53,080 bases of DNA from Vulcanimicrobiota bacterium (GCA_034666305.1 JAXDMA010000321.1:1-53080), one strand, 5' to 3'. Positions 17,828-26,668 are shown, numbered from the stretch's first letter. Notes: generated by a model not told the origin, from the sequence alone. Program-made: numbers and translations.

Positions 17828-18595
17828 CTATTGTGACGTGAAGTCTACGCTGAAGATGTAGTCCGCGGCGATCGGCTTGCAGTCGCGGATCTCCGTTTGG
17901 AACGTCGATTGGCGTGCGGCCGAAAGTGCGGCGCTGTTCAGGATCGCGCTCGGCGACGTCTGGATGCGCGTGCCGACGACCCTGCTGTCGGCATTGAGCG
18001 ACACCACGACTTGGACCGTGCCTTGTATGCCCTGCTGCTGTGCCATCGGCGGCGTGTCGGGCTCGACGGGACGGATCGTGGTCGCGGCGACGTTCGGACG
18101 GTTGCAGCTCTGCGGGGTCGGGGTTGGCCTCGGTGTCGGCGCGGGCGTCGCCGGAGCCGGCGTGGCCGGCGGGGCGGTCGACGGCGCGGACGTCCCCTGA
18201 CCTTGCGGGATCCCCTGCGTGTTGCCGACGGTGTGGGTGTTGGCGTTTTCCGTCGGTCCCGAATTCGATTTCGATTCGGTCTTGAGCGTGTTGATCTTGA
18301 TCTTGGGTTGCTGCGGCGCCGGCGTCTGCTGTGGCGGCGGCGTCTGCTTGGGCGGCGGCGTCGGCGGCAGGGTCGGGTGCGGCGTGGGCGTGGGCGGGGG
18401 CGTCGGCGGCGGCGTCGGGATGCGCGCGACGGTCACCTTTTGCGGGGCTTCTTCCTGTGTTTGCGTGTTCTGGAACTTCAGGAACGGCCCGCCGATCAAG
18501 TGCAGCGCGATCGAGATCGCGAAGCCGTACAGCAAAAAGTTCTTGGCCCGGTCGGCGGGCGGAGCCGGCGGGCGTGGCGTGTTGTTGCTCGCCAT
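17828..18595 (-). CDS. tonB: Energy transducer TonB
   Basis: TM with SIALH (SxxxH); Pro/Thr-rich spacer; TonB C-domain GIQGTVQVVV..LNSAALSAAR. Confidence 0.88.
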   Translation of the reverse strand: MASNNTPRPPAPPADRAKNFLLYGFAISIALHLIGGPFLKFQNTQTQEEAPQKVTVARIPTPPPTPPPTPTPHPTLPPTPPPKQTPPPQQTPAPQQPKIKINTLKTESKSNSGPTENANTHTVGNTQGIPQGQGTSAPSTAPPATPAPATPAPTPRPTPTPQSCNRPNVAATTIRPVEPDTPPMAQQQGIQGTVQVVVSLNADSRVVGTRIQTSPSAILNSAALSAARQSTFQTEIRDCKPIAADYIFSVDFTSQ

Positions 18596-19021
18596 TTAAC
18601 CCGACTGCCCTTCAGGCGTGCCCTCGACGTGGTTCGCAAGCCCGAACGTCGTGAGGTTCGCGGACTTCGCCGCGTCCATGACGCGCAGAATCGTCCCGAA
18701 GCTGGCCTTCGGGTTCGCCTTGATGATGACGGTCTTGAGGCCGCTGCCCGTCGATCTCACGAGCTCGGCGAACTGCTGCTTGGCCTGCATCTCGTTCACG
18801 ATGCTCGACCCGATCTGAACCTGATTCTTCTCGTCGATGCGCACCACGATTTGCGACTGGTGCACCTTCTCGGTGTTCTTTGCGTCGGGGAGCTTCGGCT
18901 CTTTGACGACCGAGGCGAGAATGATGAAGATGATCAGCAAGACCAACAGCACGTCCGTGAACGGCGTGATGTTGATCGTCGACATCACTTCTTCTTCGCC
19001 TTGTCCGGTGGAGACGGCCAC
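18596..19021 (-). CDS. exbD: ExbD/TolR family protein
   Basis: INITPFTDVLLVLLIIF. Confidence 0.92.
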   Translation of the reverse strand: MAVSTGQGEEEVMSTINITPFTDVLLVLLIIFIILASVVKEPKLPDAKNTEKVHQSQIVVRIDEKNQVQIGSSIVNEMQAKQQFAELVRSTGSGLKTVIIKANPKASFGTILRVMDAAKSANLTTFGLANHVEGTPEGQSG

Positions 19022-19045
19022 GAAGTTCTCTTCCTTCTCTCTCGG

Positions 19046-19462
19046 TTATCCGCCGGTGACGAAGCCGACGTCGTTGAGGCCCGCGATTTTCGAGGCGTCG
19101 AGAATCCGGATGATCTCACCGTACGGCGCCTTGACGTCCGCCGTGAGCGACACGTGTTTGTCGCCGCGCCGTGCCTTGACGTCCGCCATGTCGGAGTAAA
19201 TATGGGCGTCGTCAGTCAGCTTACCGTCGATGTAGATCTTCCCGGTCTCGTTGACGAGCACTTCGATGGTGTCGGTCTTCTTCTGCTGCTGGACCGGCGT
19301 GTTGTCGTTCTTGTCGGGCAGCTGCTTCTCGAATCCCGGCGGGGCGACCAGCGCCGCGAGAATCATGAAGATGATGAGCAGGACCAGCAGCACGTCGGTG
19401 AACGGCGTGATGTTGATCTCGGCCATCACCTCTTGGTCTTGCTGAGCGGAGACCATGCTCAT
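19046..19462 (-). CDS. exbD: ExbD/TolR family protein
   Basis: EINITPFTDVLLVLLIIFM, ADVKAPYG. Confidence 0.92.
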   Translation of the reverse strand: MSMVSAQQDQEVMAEINITPFTDVLLVLLIIFMILAALVAPPGFEKQLPDKNDNTPVQQQKKTDTIEVLVNETGKIYIDGKLTDDAHIYSDMADVKARRGDKHVSLTADVKAPYGEIIRILDASKIAGLNDVGFVTGG

Positions 19463-19499
19463 GAGTCGAGCCCTTCGGTCCTAAGGTTCAAGCGCCGCG

Positions 19500-20180
19500 C
19501 TACTTCGTCGCGCCGGTCGTGCCCGGCTGATAGAGATCGGTCGGGATCGGCGTACCCGTATTGTGGAAGTGGAGCATCTCGGCGAGCTGGTTGGCCGCCA
19601 CGATCATCTCCTGGTTGTACGCCTTGATGCGCGTCTTGAAGTAGTTGAAGAAGATAACCGCGATGACGGCGACGAACAGGCCGGCCGCCGTGGTGATCAG
19701 CGCTTCCGAAACGCCCGCCGCGACGACGGCCGGGGTCGAGTTGCCCTTGAGGGCGATGTCCTCGAACGCTCGGATGATGCCGAGCACGGTCCCGAACAGG
19801 CCGACGAAGGGCGCGATGACGGCGATGGTGCCGATCACGCCTAGGTTCCGCTCGAGCGAGTTGAGGTTTTCCATCAGGGCGATGGAGAGCGCATCCGTGA
19901 TGTCGGCGCGGTTCTTCTCGCCTCGCTGGAGGCCGAACTCGAGGATCTTCGGGAGCATGCCTTTGTTCGACCGGCAAATCTTGATTGCGCCGGGGAGGTC
20001 ATCCGCGGCGATGCGCTGGCCGATCGTGCGCAGGAGGCCCTTCGAGTCGGAGTGCTGGCTCGCGAAGAAGAGCAGCCGCTCGATCACGATGGCGACAGCC
20101 GCCACCGACAGAACGAGCAGCATCCACATCGCGGGGCCGCCCTTTTGGATCGTGTCGAAAAATCCGGTGATTGCGTTCAC
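19500..20180 (-). CDS. exbB: MotA/TolQ/ExbB proton channel
   Basis: APFVGLFGTVLGII.AF, GVSEALITTAAGLFVA. Confidence 0.93.
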   Translation of the reverse strand: MNAITGFFDTIQKGGPAMWMLLVLSVAAVAIVIERLLFFASQHSDSKGLLRTIGQRIAADDLPGAIKICRSNKGMLPKILEFGLQRGEKNRADITDALSIALMENLNSLERNLGVIGTIAVIAPFVGLFGTVLGIIRAFEDIALKGNSTPAVVAAGVSEALITTAAGLFVAVIAVIFFNYFKTRIKAYNQEMIVAANQLAEMLHFHNTGTPIPTDLYQPGTTGATK

Positions 20181-20288
20181 GAGCTCTAGTAAAGCCTCCG
20201 AGTCTTCGAGGGTGATGAGGACGTCCGGCGGGGACGCCCGGGGGGCGCGGGCGGGCCTCTGTGTTGGCCGTCCCGCCGTCCATTCCTA

Positions 20289-21584
20289 CTACTTGGGTGG
20301 GCTCAACTTCTTGAGCGCGGTGTCGATGTCGGCATTGAGCGACGTGTCCGAACCTGCGTTCGCCTTTGCCTTTTGCAGAAGCGGAATTGCGCCTTTGTTG
20401 TCGCCGGCGTTCGCGAGCGCGATCCCGGCGACGTAGTTCGCCCGGGCGTCGTTGGGGTCGACGGCGAGCGCCTTGTCGGCTTCGGCCTTGACGCGCTTCC
20501 AATCGGGCTTGTCGCCTTGCGAAAGCACGTTCGCCGCCTGCACGTAGAGGACGACGCTGCGCGACGGTACGATCTTCGCCGCGTTCTCTAGGTCGGCGAC
20601 GGCTTCATCCCTCTTGCCAGCCTGCATGGCGGCGACGGCCTGCTGGTTGTAATACGATGCGAGCGTGTCGTCGACGCGTGTGTTCGACGGATCGCGGCGC
20701 TTGAGCTGTTGCGCGAGCGCGATCCCTTTGTCGGACTGGCCGCCGAAGACGTATGAAGTGGCCAGCGCCCCGTCGATGGCGTTGATGGTCGCTGCGTCCG
20801 CGTTGCCGGCAGCCGCGAGCGACTTCGCCTTTTCGAGGTCGGCGATGGCCTGCGGATATTTCTGAGCGTTGGCGTAGGCCGTGCCACGGATATACAGCGT
20901 GTTCACGTTTTGCTGAAGCGCCAGCGCCTTGTCCGAAAGCGCGATTGCGCGGTCGTAGCTCTTGGCCTTGAGCGCGTCGACCGCGGCATCGGCGTACGCC
21001 TTGGCGGCGACGGCTTTAAAGCGTTCCGGGATCGTTCCCGCGGCGTCGAACGCGGCGGCCGCGCCCGCGGCGTCGTTGAGATACGAGTCGGCAACGCCGA
21101 GCAGCGTTTCCGCATCCCGGTCCCCCGGATGCCCCGTGAGATACGCCATGAGCTCGGTCTTGGCATCGGCGTATTTGCCGGCGCGAATCAGCGCGTTTGC
21201 CTGGTTCACGTCGTTGACCGTCGAGCCGGTGTCGGTCGTTACCGCGTTTCCGCTAAACTTCAGCGCCATGGTGTAGAACGCATCGATGGCCTTGCCGTCC
21301 CGCAGGCCCGGCTTATACGTCGAGCTCTTCGCGATCTCGACCGCGGCCGCGTCGTCGCCGTGATTCGTCGATTTTTCCACCTCGACCGGGCCGACCGAGC
21401 CATTCGATTTCACGAAGACCTTCAGCGTAACCGCCCCGGTCCCGACCACGGGGCTGCTGGCGGTTCCCTGCTTGATGATTTTGGGCGGGGTGTAATACGT
21501 CGATGTCTGCGCGGATGCGGCCAACGGCAACGCAAAAGCGAGCATTGCGGCGGCGGCGAGCAAACGGGTGGTGCGGTAAGCCAT
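20289..21584 (-). CDS. Exported protein: TonB C-terminal-like domain plus TPR repeats
   Basis: Signal peptide ending ASA-Q; GAVTLKVFV..G.V..VEVEKST..DDAAAVE..YKPG..DGK; helical TPR repeats (KALALQ, ADLEKA, ALAVDPNDA). Confidence 0.75.
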   Translation of the reverse strand: MAYRTTRLLAAAAMLAFALPLAASAQTSTYYTPPKIIKQGTASSPVVGTGAVTLKVFVKSNGSVGPVEVEKSTNHGDDAAAVEIAKSSTYKPGLRDGKAIDAFYTMALKFSGNAVTTDTGSTVNDVNQANALIRAGKYADAKTELMAYLTGHPGDRDAETLLGVADSYLNDAAGAAAAFDAAGTIPERFKAVAAKAYADAAVDALKAKSYDRAIALSDKALALQQNVNTLYIRGTAYANAQKYPQAIADLEKAKSLAAAGNADAATINAIDGALATSYVFGGQSDKGIALAQQLKRRDPSNTRVDDTLASYYNQQAVAAMQAGKRDEAVADLENAAKIVPSRSVVLYVQAANVLSQGDKPDWKRVKAEADKALAVDPNDARANYVAGIALANAGDNKGAIPLLQKAKANAGSDTSLNADIDTALKKLSPPK

Positions 21585-21747
21585 GGTACCTCGTAACGCG
21601 GATTTGGTACGGGAACAACGCCGAGCGACGACTGGGCGTTCCGCGCGCCGTGCCGTCGCGACCGGGCGCCCGTTTTTGCATGCTCGCCCGTTCACCTGCT
21701 TGCTTACGCTTGCGATCGCTCGGGTGGCCGCTCGCCGAACTGCCCGG

Positions 21748-22116
21748 TTATTGCCGACCTGAGAGGTCGGGACGAAGCCCCGTGGCTCCTTCGAGATAGA
21801 CGTGCTGGATCTCGTCGGGGCGCCGCTCCGTGTTGATGTGGATGAGGATCCGGATGCAGCGCTCTAAGCGTCCGGGTACCCCGATTTCCGTGAAATTCAA
21901 CAGCGGCACGAGCGTCCAGCCCATGCGGCGCGCCGCCGCGGCCGGAAACTCCGAGACGAGGTCGGGAGTGACGGTAAACAAAGCCGACGCGACGTCGTCG
22001 GGGACGAACCCGTTGCGCTCCACGATCTCACGGAGCAGGCGTTCGGTCGCATCGAGGATCAGTACCGGCTCATCGCGCGCGACCGTCGTGGCGCCGCGAA
22101 TGCCCCGCACGATCAC
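21748..22116 (-). CDS. aroH: AroH-class chorismate mutase
   Basis: VRGIRGATT, FTVTPDL..EFPA.AAR, CIRIL, HVYLEGA..LRPD. Confidence 0.95.
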   Translation of the reverse strand: MIVRGIRGATTVARDEPVLILDATERLLREIVERNGFVPDDVASALFTVTPDLVSEFPAAAARRMGWTLVPLLNFTEIGVPGRLERCIRILIHINTERRPDEIQHVYLEGATGLRPDLSGRQ

Positions 22117-22877
22117 CGGTGGTTCGCCTCGCGGTCCGGAGCGGCCGCGGCCGCGTTTGCTTCTGCGACGATGCGACGCAGCGCCGTGAGCTCGCGATCC
22201 GTTGCGGCGCGCACCGCGCCCGGCGCCAGCTCGCCCAGCGAGATCGGCCCGAACCGCAACCGGACTAACGCGACGACGGGATGCTCGACGACCTCGAACA
22301 TCCGGCGCACTTGCCGGTTGCGGCCTTCGTGCAGCGTGATGTCGACGAGCGAAACGTCGCGCCGCACCGCGACGATGCGAAGCTGTGCCGGTGCGGCGCG
22401 GCCTTCCTCGAGCCGCACGCCCCGCAGAATCTTCTCCACCGCGGCGGATTCGAGCCGCCCGCGTAGCGTGGCGCGGTACGTCTTCTCGACGCCGAAGCGC
22501 GGATGCGTCAGGACGTTTGCCGTGTCGCCGTCATCAGTGAGCAGCAGCACGCCGCTCGTGTCGTAGTCGAGCCGGCCCACCGGCACGACGCGCGCGGTGA
22601 TGCCGGCGCGCCGCACGACGTCGGCGACGGTGCGGCGGCCTTCGGGATCGCGCATCGTCGTCATCACGCCGACCGGTTTGTGCAGAACGACATACGAGCG
22701 CGTCGCCGCCGGGCGGACGATGCGCCCGTCGACTTCGACGCGCGCGTCGTCGTCGACGCTCGTTCCGAGCTCGCGCACGATGCGACCCGCGACGCGCACG
22801 CGGCCGGCAACGATCAGTTCCTCCGCGCGACGGCGCGACGCGACACCGGCCGCCGCGAGGAATTTCTGAAGGCGCAG
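22113..22877 (-). CDS. rluB: rRNA pseudouridine synthase (RluB/RsuA family)
   Basis: S4 domain LRLQKFLAAAGVASRRRAEELI lies upstream of the ORF-track start; VGRLDYDTSG, EGRNRQVRRM. Start inferred at CTG 22877 or ATC 22880. Confidence 0.9.
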   Translation of the reverse strand: MRLQKFLAAAGVASRRRAEELIVAGRVRVAGRIVRELGTSVDDDARVEVDGRIVRPAATRSYVVLHKPVGVMTTMRDPEGRRTVADVVRRAGITARVVPVGRLDYDTSGVLLLTDDGDTANVLTHPRFGVEKTYRATLRGRLESAAVEKILRGVRLEEGRAAPAQLRIVAVRRDVSLVDITLHEGRNRQVRRMFEVVEHPVVALVRLRFGPISLGELAPGAVRAATDRELTALRRIVAEANAAAAAPDREANHR

Positions 22878-22890
22878 GATCTGAGCGGCC

Positions 22891-24288
22891 CTAGACTTTT
22901 TTGAGGTCGAACGCGGTCACGAACTCGTCGTTCGTCTTCGTTCGCGCGAGCGCCGCGTAGATGCGGTGCGACGCTTCGACGGGCGCGACGCCCGCAAGCG
23001 CACGGCGCAGATCGCCGACCTTGCGGAGCGCGATCTCGCTGAGCAGCTGTTCTTCGTAGAAGTTACCGCTGCGAACGAGATCGACCGGCGGGTAGGCGCG
23101 GGCCTCGGCGAGCTCGCGTCCGAGCACGACCTCCGCGTTCGACAACGGCGAGAACTCTTCGAGAACGAGCGTGTCGAGCGCCGACGCATCGGCTCCGACG
23201 GTCGCCAGCACGGTGAGCGATCCGCCGCCTTCGGCCGCACGCGCGGCGCCGAACAAGCGCTTCGGCCGCTGCATCAGCGCGGCATCCATCAGCGCGGCGT
23301 TTCCTTTGTGATGCGAGATCGCGGCGTACGCGCGCACGAGCCGCGTCATTGACGACACGAGCACGACCGCGTCCTGTCCCAGTTCGGCGAGCCGCTTCGC
23401 GCGTTCGAACACGAGCTCCGCGGTGGTGACGTGGTTGTCGGGATGCTCCTCGAACGTCGTCGCCACGACTTCGACGTCCAGCGCGCGCTGCAAGTGCGTG
23501 ACGGCTTCGGGACGCTCGTCGACCAGCAGCACGATCACGTGCGCGTCGGGATGGTTCGCTTCGATCGCGCCCGCGATGCGCACGAGCAGCGCGCCGTCGT
23601 CGGTGCGCGGCGGTGCGAGCAGCAGCGCGCGTTGTCCCTTGCCGAGCGGCGCGAACAGATCGAGCGCGCGCGTCGTCAGGTCGCCGCGCATCTCGAGCAC
23701 GAAGCGCTCCGCCGGCGGATCGGCACCCAGCTCTTCGAAGATTCGGCGGTTGGAAAGCATCTCGGGCGGATGGCCGTTGACCGTCTCGACCTTGACGATG
23801 CCGTAGTACTTCTCGTTTTCTTTGGGTTTGCGCACCTGGCCGGCGACGAGGTCGCCGCGGCGCAGTTCGAAGCGCCGGATCTGCGACTGTGAGATGTAGA
23901 TGTCGTCGGCGCCCACGAGGTAGCCCTCGCGCCGCAAGAAGCCGTAGCCCTCGGGCAAGACGTCCAGAACGCCGTTGGCCTTCTCAAGGCCGCTGCGCTG
24001 CGCTTGGATCTCGACGATCTGCGCGACGAGATCGTCCTTCTTGACCTTCGTCGGCAGCTCGATCTCGAAGGTCTTCGCGAGCTCGTTGAGCTCCGCTTTG
24101 CTCATCTCGGTGAGCTGCTCGGCGGACAGGAGCGGCGGCCCGACGGGCTGCGGAAACTCCGGCTGGGTGAAGACGTCGTGCTGTTGCGGCACGCCGTTCT
24201 CGTTGAAGCGCTGGCGGTTGCGCCGCGAGCGGCGGCGGCGGCCGCCTTCCGGCTTACCGCTGTGCTGGGGTCGGTTATCGAACTGCAG
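22891..24288 (-). CDS. rho: Rho termination factor homologue with degenerate ATPase motifs
   Basis: Rho N-domain, GYGFLR, DIYISQSQIRRFELR.GD, GKGQR, DERPE, KRLFGAAR, TKTNDEF. Start either CTG 24288 (GGAG 7 nt upstream) or TTG 24369. Confidence 0.9.
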   Translation of the reverse strand: MQFDNRPQHSGKPEGGRRRRSRRNRQRFNENGVPQQHDVFTQPEFPQPVGPPLLSAEQLTEMSKAELNELAKTFEIELPTKVKKDDLVAQIVEIQAQRSGLEKANGVLDVLPEGYGFLRREGYLVGADDIYISQSQIRRFELRRGDLVAGQVRKPKENEKYYGIVKVETVNGHPPEMLSNRRIFEELGADPPAERFVLEMRGDLTTRALDLFAPLGKGQRALLLAPPRTDDGALLVRIAGAIEANHPDAHVIVLLVDERPEAVTHLQRALDVEVVATTFEEHPDNHVTTAELVFERAKRLAELGQDAVVLVSSMTRLVRAYAAISHHKGNAALMDAALMQRPKRLFGAARAAEGGGSLTVLATVGADASALDTLVLEEFSPLSNAEVVLGRELAEARAYPPVDLVRSGNFYEEQLLSEIALRKVGDLRRALAGVAPVEASHRIYAALARTKTNDEFVTAFDLKKV

Positions 24289-24417
24289 CGAACTGCTCCC
24301 TCGGGGAGACGGGCGATCCGCGCGACGGGGCCGGACCGGCGAGGCTGCCGGGGCCGCTCGTCGGCGCAACGCCGAGGAACGAGAATTGCGCGCGGATCAG
24401 ACTGCGCGACGCAACGG

Positions 24418-24446
24418 AGTCTATCACAGCGGCGTCACGGCGACAA
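24418..24446 (-). promoter_or_regulatory. Putative sigma70-type promoter of the rho-like gene
   Basis: Minus strand TTGTCG-N17-TAGACT with an extended -10 TG. Confidence 0.55.
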
Positions 24447-25115
24447 GGCGCGCGGTCCGCTGACGCTCGGATTCCCGCGCGCGTAGAAGCGCAGCGGCTC
24501 GCCGGCGGCCTTGGTGATCCCGATCCGGGGGCTCACGCCCACCGGCAGGGCTACGCCGTCGTCCGCGAGCCGGAGCTCGGTACCCGCCGTCAGATCAGCG
24601 CCGTCGAACTCCGGGCCGATCGCGAACGCTTTGCAGAGATTGCCGGGGCCGCGCGCGAGGTCGCGATCTTTGACGTCCGGCCGCCCGCGCAGCGCGCGCA
24701 TCGTGGCTAAGCCGGCGACGGGCTCGCACGCGCGCACGAGCGACGCCGCGCCGACGCCTTCGCCTTCGCTGGTCACGTTGAGGCACCAGTTGACGCCATA
24801 GATGAAGTAGACGTAGGCGTGCAGCGGCGGGCCGAACATCGCGCGGTTGCGCCGCGTCGGCCCGCGAAACGCGTGCGACGCGGGATCGTGCGGGAAGTAG
24901 GCCTCGGTCTCGACGATGCGTCCGATCAGCGTCTCGCCGTCGACGACGCGCACCAGGAGCTTGCCGATCAGCGCGCGCGACAGCGCGATCGTGTCATGCG
25001 GCAGATCGGCGGCGCTCAGTCCTTCGACGAGCTCGGAATGAGGCGGTTCATGCGGCGGCCGGGGTGCGGAGGGCGATCTCCGCGCGGGCGCGCGTTTCGA
25101 GGTCGTGGGTTTCAA
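24435..25115 (-). CDS. mpg: DNA-3-methyladenine glycosylase (Mpg/AAG family)
   Basis: GRIVETEAY..DPASHA, AYVYFIYG..WCLN, LARGPGNLC, RIGI, RF; start uncertain. Confidence 0.93.
   Translation of the reverse strand: MKPTTSKRAPARRSPSAPRPPHEPPHSELVEGLSAADLPHDTIALSRALIGKLLVRVVDGETLIGRIVETEAYFPHDPASHAFRGPTRRNRAMFGPPLHAYVYFIYGVNWCLNVTSEGEGVGAASLVRACEPVAGLATMRALRGRPDVKDRDLARGPGNLCKAFAIGPEFDGADLTAGTELRLADDGVALPVGVSPRIGITKAAGEPLRFYARGNPSVSGPRALSP
25021..25043. repeat. Short REP-like palindromic unit
   Basis: CCTTCGACGAGCTCGGAATGAGG; a similar unit lies in opposite orientation at 37149-37173. Confidence 0.4.
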
Positions 25116-25488
25116 TCGGTTCGCCGCGTTCGACGCGCGCCGCCGCGAAGCCGTGCAGGACGCAGCGCGTCTTGACGTAGGCCATCGCGAGCGCGGGCGG
25201 GACGGGGCGGCGCGCGTTGAGGTCGTCCACGACGGCCTCGGCGGCCAGGCGCATCCGCACGCGTGTGAAGCCGTGACCGCGCAGGTAGCCGCCGGCGGCC
25301 GCGACCGCCGCGTAGCCGAACTCGCGGCCGTCGAGCGCCGCGAGCGGCGCGGCGCTGAACGGGACCTTGGCGACGGTGCGGCCGCTGCCCGTCGCGATCG
25401 CGAGATAGGCGATCCCGTTGCCGGTGCGGTCGGCCGAGTAGCCGACGGCGACGTCGGCGGAGCGGTGGCGTGTGGCGGTCTGTTGCAT
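25048..25488 (-). CDS. Hypothetical protein with RNase H-like pattern, catalytic residues absent
   Basis: REFGYAAVAAA..YLRGHGFTRVRMRLAAEAVVDDL resembles RNase HI NxAEYxA..G..RxxIxGDSxLVV; directly downstream of the SOS promoter. Confidence 0.6.
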   Translation of the reverse strand: MQQTATRHRSADVAVGYSADRTGNGIAYLAIATGSGRTVAKVPFSAAPLAALDGREFGYAAVAAAGGYLRGHGFTRVRMRLAAEAVVDDLNARRPVPPALAMAYVKTRCVLHGFAAARVERGEPIETHDLETRARAEIALRTPAAA

Positions 25489-25501
25489 GGCTCGTGCGAT
25501 C

Positions 25502-25530
25502 ATCCTATATCGAACATGTGTTCGAGTCAA
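25502..25530 (-). promoter_or_regulatory. Sigma70 promoter with LexA (SOS) operator in the spacer
   Basis: Minus strand TTGACT-N17-TAGGAT; palindrome TCGAAC-ATGT-GTTCGA at 25510-25525 matches the GAAC-N4-GTTC box. Confidence 0.85.
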
Positions 25531-25549
25531 GTCAACCGAAGTCGACCTG

Positions 25550-26668
25550 TCAAGCTGCGCGCGCGGCCAGCACCTCCTGGTAGAGCTCGAGGATTCGCCG
25601 CGTCTGCATCTCCACGGTAAACCGCGAGAATGCCAAATGTACGGCACTCTGATCGCGACCGGCAGCCAATGCGCTCCGAATCGCGTCGGCCAGCGCCTCG
25701 GGATCGGCGGCCACCAGCCGGCCCGCTCCCACCAGCACGTCGCGCGACGCCGCGCTGTCCGCGGCGATCACGGGCAGCCCGGCAGCAAGGGCTTCGGCCA
25801 GAACCAGCCCCTGCGTGTCGGTCGTCGACGGGAACACGAACGCGTCGACCGAGGCGTATACGTCGGGGAGCCGCTCGCGGGCGAGCGTGCCCGTGAAGCG
25901 CACCCGCGCCTCGACGCCCAGCCGCCGCGCGCGCTCCTCGAGCGCGGCGCGATGCGGACCCTCACCGACGATCGCGAGCCGCAGATCGGGTGTACGCGCG
26001 AGCGCATCGAGCGCGAGCTCGACGTTCTTTTCCATCGCAAGCCGCGACACGACGAGCGCGAGCGGCGCGTCGTCGTTCGCGCCGAGCCGGGCGCGCACGA
26101 GCGCACTGCGCCGCCCGCCGGCAAAGCGTTCGACGTCGATCGCGCTCGGCACCACGGAAATCGGCGCGCGCACGCCGAGCTCGCGCAAACGGATCTCCAT
26201 CGCGTGGGTCGGCACCACCACCGCGTCGGCCCAATTCGCGTAACGGCGCGTCAGCTCGGACATCGCGCGTTCGGTCGTAGCGCGGTCGAACGGCGCGTAG
26301 TGCGCGTACGCATCCAACCGCGTGTGGTAGGTGAACACGAGCGGAATGCGATGCCGCCGTGCGTACGACGCGCCCATCCAGCCGGTGACGAACGGCGAGT
26401 GCGCGTGCACGATGTCGAGTCCGCGCACGCGGCGCCGATCGACCGCATTCAAATATGGTAAGCACAAGCGATATGCGGTTTGCGTCGGCAGCGGCAGCGA
26501 CGGGATCCGCACGACGTCGCGTTCGTCGTCGATGAAGCGCGGAAAGTGCGGCGCGACGGTCGTCACCTCCACGCCGTGCGCGCACAAGCCGTCGCGCAGC
26601 GCGTCGATGCTTGCGACGACGCCGTTGACGATCGGTTTGTAGCACTCGGTGAAAAATCCGACCCGCAC
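25550..26668 (-). CDS. GT4 glycosyltransferase (MGS-like)
   Basis: FFTECYKPIVNGV, HAHSPF, TYHT, SRLAMEKN, FVFPSTTDTQGLVLAEA. Confidence 0.92.
   Translation of the reverse strand: MRVGFFTECYKPIVNGVVASIDALRDGLCAHGVEVTTVAPHFPRFIDDERDVVRIPSLPLPTQTAYRLCLPYLNAVDRRRVRGLDIVHAHSPFVTGWMGASYARRHRIPLVFTYHTRLDAYAHYAPFDRATTERAMSELTRRYANWADAVVVPTHAMEIRLRELGVRAPISVVPSAIDVERFAGGRRSALVRARLGANDDAPLALVVSRLAMEKNVELALDALARTPDLRLAIVGEGPHRAALEERARRLGVEARVRFTGTLARERLPDVYASVDAFVFPSTTDTQGLVLAEALAAGLPVIAADSAASRDVLVGAGRLVAADPEALADAIRSALAAGRDQSAVHLAFSRFTVEMQTRRILELYQEVLAARAA

Noticed and set aside
18100-18430. Low-complexity GGCGGCGT-type repeats
   Set aside because: They encode the Pro/Thr spacer of TonB.
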